Origin: Dimorphilus gyrociliatus
Taxonomy: Eukaryota; Animalia; Annelida
Assembly: GCA_904063045.1 (NCBI GenBank)
Contig: CAJFCJ010000002.1
Span: 186,001 to 250,000 of the forward strand
DNA length: 64,000 nucleotides
Direction: 5' to 3'
The notes below the pieces were generated by a model. It made no database searches, was not told the origin of the DNA, and saw nothing but the letters and a program-made list of their open reading frames with translations. The position numbers were made by a program, and so were the translations under genes. Of the stretch, positions 61,101 through 64,000 are shown one piece after another (positions within the stretch are counted from its first letter, which is position 1; the number at the start of each line of letters is the position of its first letter).

Positions 61101-64000
61101 TTTCTTTATGATAAAAAAGGCTGATTAATGTGCTAGTAGCATTTTCAAAGCTAGCTTTTTTATTTTCAACGTATTTATAAATATTTTGTCCTGCCGCCGT
61201 AAAGACAACGTCTTCTTGAACTGTAAAAGAACTAAGCGGTACCTTCAAAACTTTAGCCTTGAAATTTTCTCCTTTTTCATCACAGGAACATAAGTAGGAA
61301 ACTTTATTATCGTTCGTATGCCACCATAACCTTTGAGTAAATTTGTCAAAAGCTATTTGGATTGGATTCCCTAAACAAGTATTATTCTTAACACGAATAG
61401 ATGTGTAGTCTGTTCCGTCAAGGTTTGAAGAATGAATATCAGCTGAATTCTGCTCAATCCAATATAGTTTTCTAGAAACGGGAGCAATAGCCAAACTTTC
61501 TGGTATAAAGGTTTGAGATTCTTCATTTGCATGATTAACTATCGCAGTTGAATAATTCCGATCGAGATTTATAATTCGGATGCTTCCTTCTCCAGCCCGT
61601 TCGCTATAAATAAATAAATTTTTATCGAATCAAAACGGGAAATATATTGCGTACTTGTAAGTTATAAAATAGAGATTTCTGGATTCGATGTCAATATCTA
61701 GGTCGTTTACTTTATAACTTCCAGATTCGAATATTGTTGAACTGGTGTTTGTTTTTATATCGAATAATCTCAAAAGAAATAATCGACCGGGAAATCCTAT
61801 ATCCGCCCAAAAGATTTTGTATTGTTTGTAGTCATAAACCAATGATTTGGGTCTAAAAAATAATAATAAAAAAATGTAAACAGTAATTTTAAATATTGCT
61901 GTATAAACATTTACGTTACTACGAAGAATCCAGGAATTGAAGGGAAGACGTTTGATGATGCTTTTTTAGAACTAACACCCCTTATGTTCATTTGTCCTCC
62001 CATTAGTAAAAACTCAGTCATACCTATAGAAGTAATATATTAAAGATAAAATCGTAAATCAAACCTAATAAAGAAATCTTACGAGTGCATTTTTTAGAAC
62101 TTTCAGAGAATTCGTAGAGGTTTAGACACTTGCAGCTTTTTTGGCTAAGGCCAGTTTTATTGTTATGTTTCAGCAGACAAATGGCATTTTCATCGCAACC
62201 CCCATTATCTTTACAGGGATTTTCGCCAGGTTCTTGAACGAGGGGATGAAAGATTTTTAAACCGTACGGACGGCGTTTAATACGATGGACAACATAGACG
62301 TCAGAACCATCAAACTTATTCGCTCTCAAGATAGAACTGGTACCCCAATCAATCCAGAAGACAAAAGAACCAAAAACGTGTATAGAGAAGGGGTGGGTCA
62401 AAAGAGGATGATTAGTAAGGATTGGAATAACATTCTTCCCATCCATGTCTGATGTATAAATCGAATGGGAGTGTGCGTCCGCCCAATAGATCCTATCATT
62501 TGTATTATCAATTGTTAATCCATTCGGCCAGCTACCACCCATGTCTTTCAAGTTGGTAAGAAAAATCCTGTCAGAACCATCCATAGAGCATCTTTCAATT
62601 CTTGGAGAATGTCTGTTCCAGTCAGTCCAAAATAAATAGCCTTTTTTGGGTGAGACAGCTATTGATCTCGGATTTCCAATGGTACCTGACACTAGAACCA
62701 TTTGAAAATCTCCATTAAAATTTGAAACTTGAATTTGATCTAAGGCAGCATCCGTCCAATATATTTTTTCATTTATCCAATCAACAGCAATTCCTTCTGC
62801 TGTCGTTAAACCATAGCTTATGATAGGTTTAATTTCAACTCTGACATTGTCTTTATAAATACTTCTGAAGATTGAATTCTCTCCAATATCGGTGAAAAAA
62901 AGTTGCATCGATCCGTCTGTCTTATTATCGTAATAATCTAAACCAACTATCGACTGTAAACCGTCGGTTAACTCAAAACGAGTTGAATTTCCTGACGCAA
63001 CAATTGTTTTTCTACGATTTAAAACATCTCCATTGTACAAAAATATACTGTGCCCTGCACTGTAAATGACATTAGCGGTGTCTTCGCTAGATGGTATACA
63101 TGTGAAGTTGTCGAATGGGTCCAGAGTGTAATTATCGAGGCAGCTACATTGTCTTTTCTTAGTACATATCTGAGAACATGTACCATAATCTGAGCAACTG
63201 CGGTTATCCACACACCTGGAATCCGAGCCGTCTAGTAACGCCATGCCAGGCGGGCAAACGCATTGGAATCCCTTAGGTGAGTTAAAACAAGCCCCTTCAC
63301 ACTTTATTCTGTTATACAAGCACATTTTAAATTTGCATAAACCCCCTTCATCGTCACCTAAAGGACAGTCACTTCGTCGGTCGCAAGTTTTCGTATATTT
63401 AATGCATTTTGTACTGTTTAGGCATTTATAGTTCGGTTTCTCACAAACTGTTTGATTGCAGTTACTTTCATCGGATTTATCTGGACAATCGTAACGACCG
63501 TTACATCTGTTAGATGGCTTATTACAGTCATCATCATCTTTAGGACATCCTTTTTCGTCTTCTCCGTCGATGCAATTTTTAATACCATTACATTTCAGTG
63601 AAAGAGGAATACAATACTGTCTATCTTTTCCACAAGTAAAGAATTCAGCAGGGCAAGTTTTATTGTTCTTCACAGCTGGACAATTTAACAAATTTTCATC
63701 TTGAGAAAAAGGGCAATGGCTGATCTCGTCACATACCAGAGTCCAATTTATACACAAGATATTAGTTGGAAAACACGAGAACTCATCAGCAGAGCACGTT
63801 TTCTTGACACCACAAACCGCTTCATCTTGTCCATCTCTACAATGAAAGACTCCATCGCAAACCTGTTCATGCTTTAAACAGGTTGTGTGACCATCGCATG
63901 CAAATTGGCATTTTTTATCATTCAATTTTGTACAATTAGCTCTTTCATCCTCTCCATCTGAACAATCAGAGTACCAATCGCAAACCGAGCTATGAGGGAT
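52105..64000 (-). CDS. LRP1: LDL receptor-related protein 1-like; the 5' part lies beyond the window
   Basis: Three clusters of LDLa repeats, multiple YWTD propellers, EGF repeats, a TM segment, and a cytoplasmic tail with EITNPMF and FANPLY...EGKELL matching the LRP1 tail layout. Stop at 52107-52105. Confidence 0.85.

Noticed and set aside
1-64000. CRISPR arrays, rRNA/tRNA/snRNA genes, transposase or RT genes
   Set aside because: No repeat-spacer structure, recognisable structured RNA, terminal inverted repeats or transposon domains were seen by eye. A tRNAscan/Infernal/RepeatMasker run could still find weak cases.

Overview
AT-rich, very compact animal genomic DNA. Most introns are GT-AG and about 52-70 nt, many housekeeping genes are intronless, and intergenic gaps are often only 150-500 bp. 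This is consistent with a miniaturised spiralian genome such as the annelid Dimorphilus, which is an inference. I rebuilt about 21 protein-coding genes by hand. In order: a NUDT7/8-type Nudix hydrolase, Mos kinase, a CARD + APPBP2-like TPR fusion, a PMP-repeat/Cys-rich multi-pass membrane protein, RNase H1, Spinster, two divergent non-alpha nAChR-type subunits flanking an orphan SOCS-box gene, a copine with a long PYPG tail, VMAT, a SAND-domain factor, CFAP100-like, SEC11, a stand-alone secreted cystine-knot protein, MANEA, a small LURAP/FAM89-like gene, ABT1, Topors-like, ITPA, and the 3' ~12 kb of an LRP1-like gene. I recognised no tRNA, rRNA, CRISPR array or transposon. The most interesting items are the CARD-APPBP2 fusion, the beta-helix/Cys-rich/multi-TM receptor, the orphan 11-Cys knot hormone, the nAChR pair with degenerate ligand-binding loops, two dual-targeting designs (RNase H1 and the Nudix enzyme), and recurring regulatory motifs (a POU+CRE module at VMAT and CTCF-like sites). 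All family assignments come from motif recognition by eye; no database searches were run.
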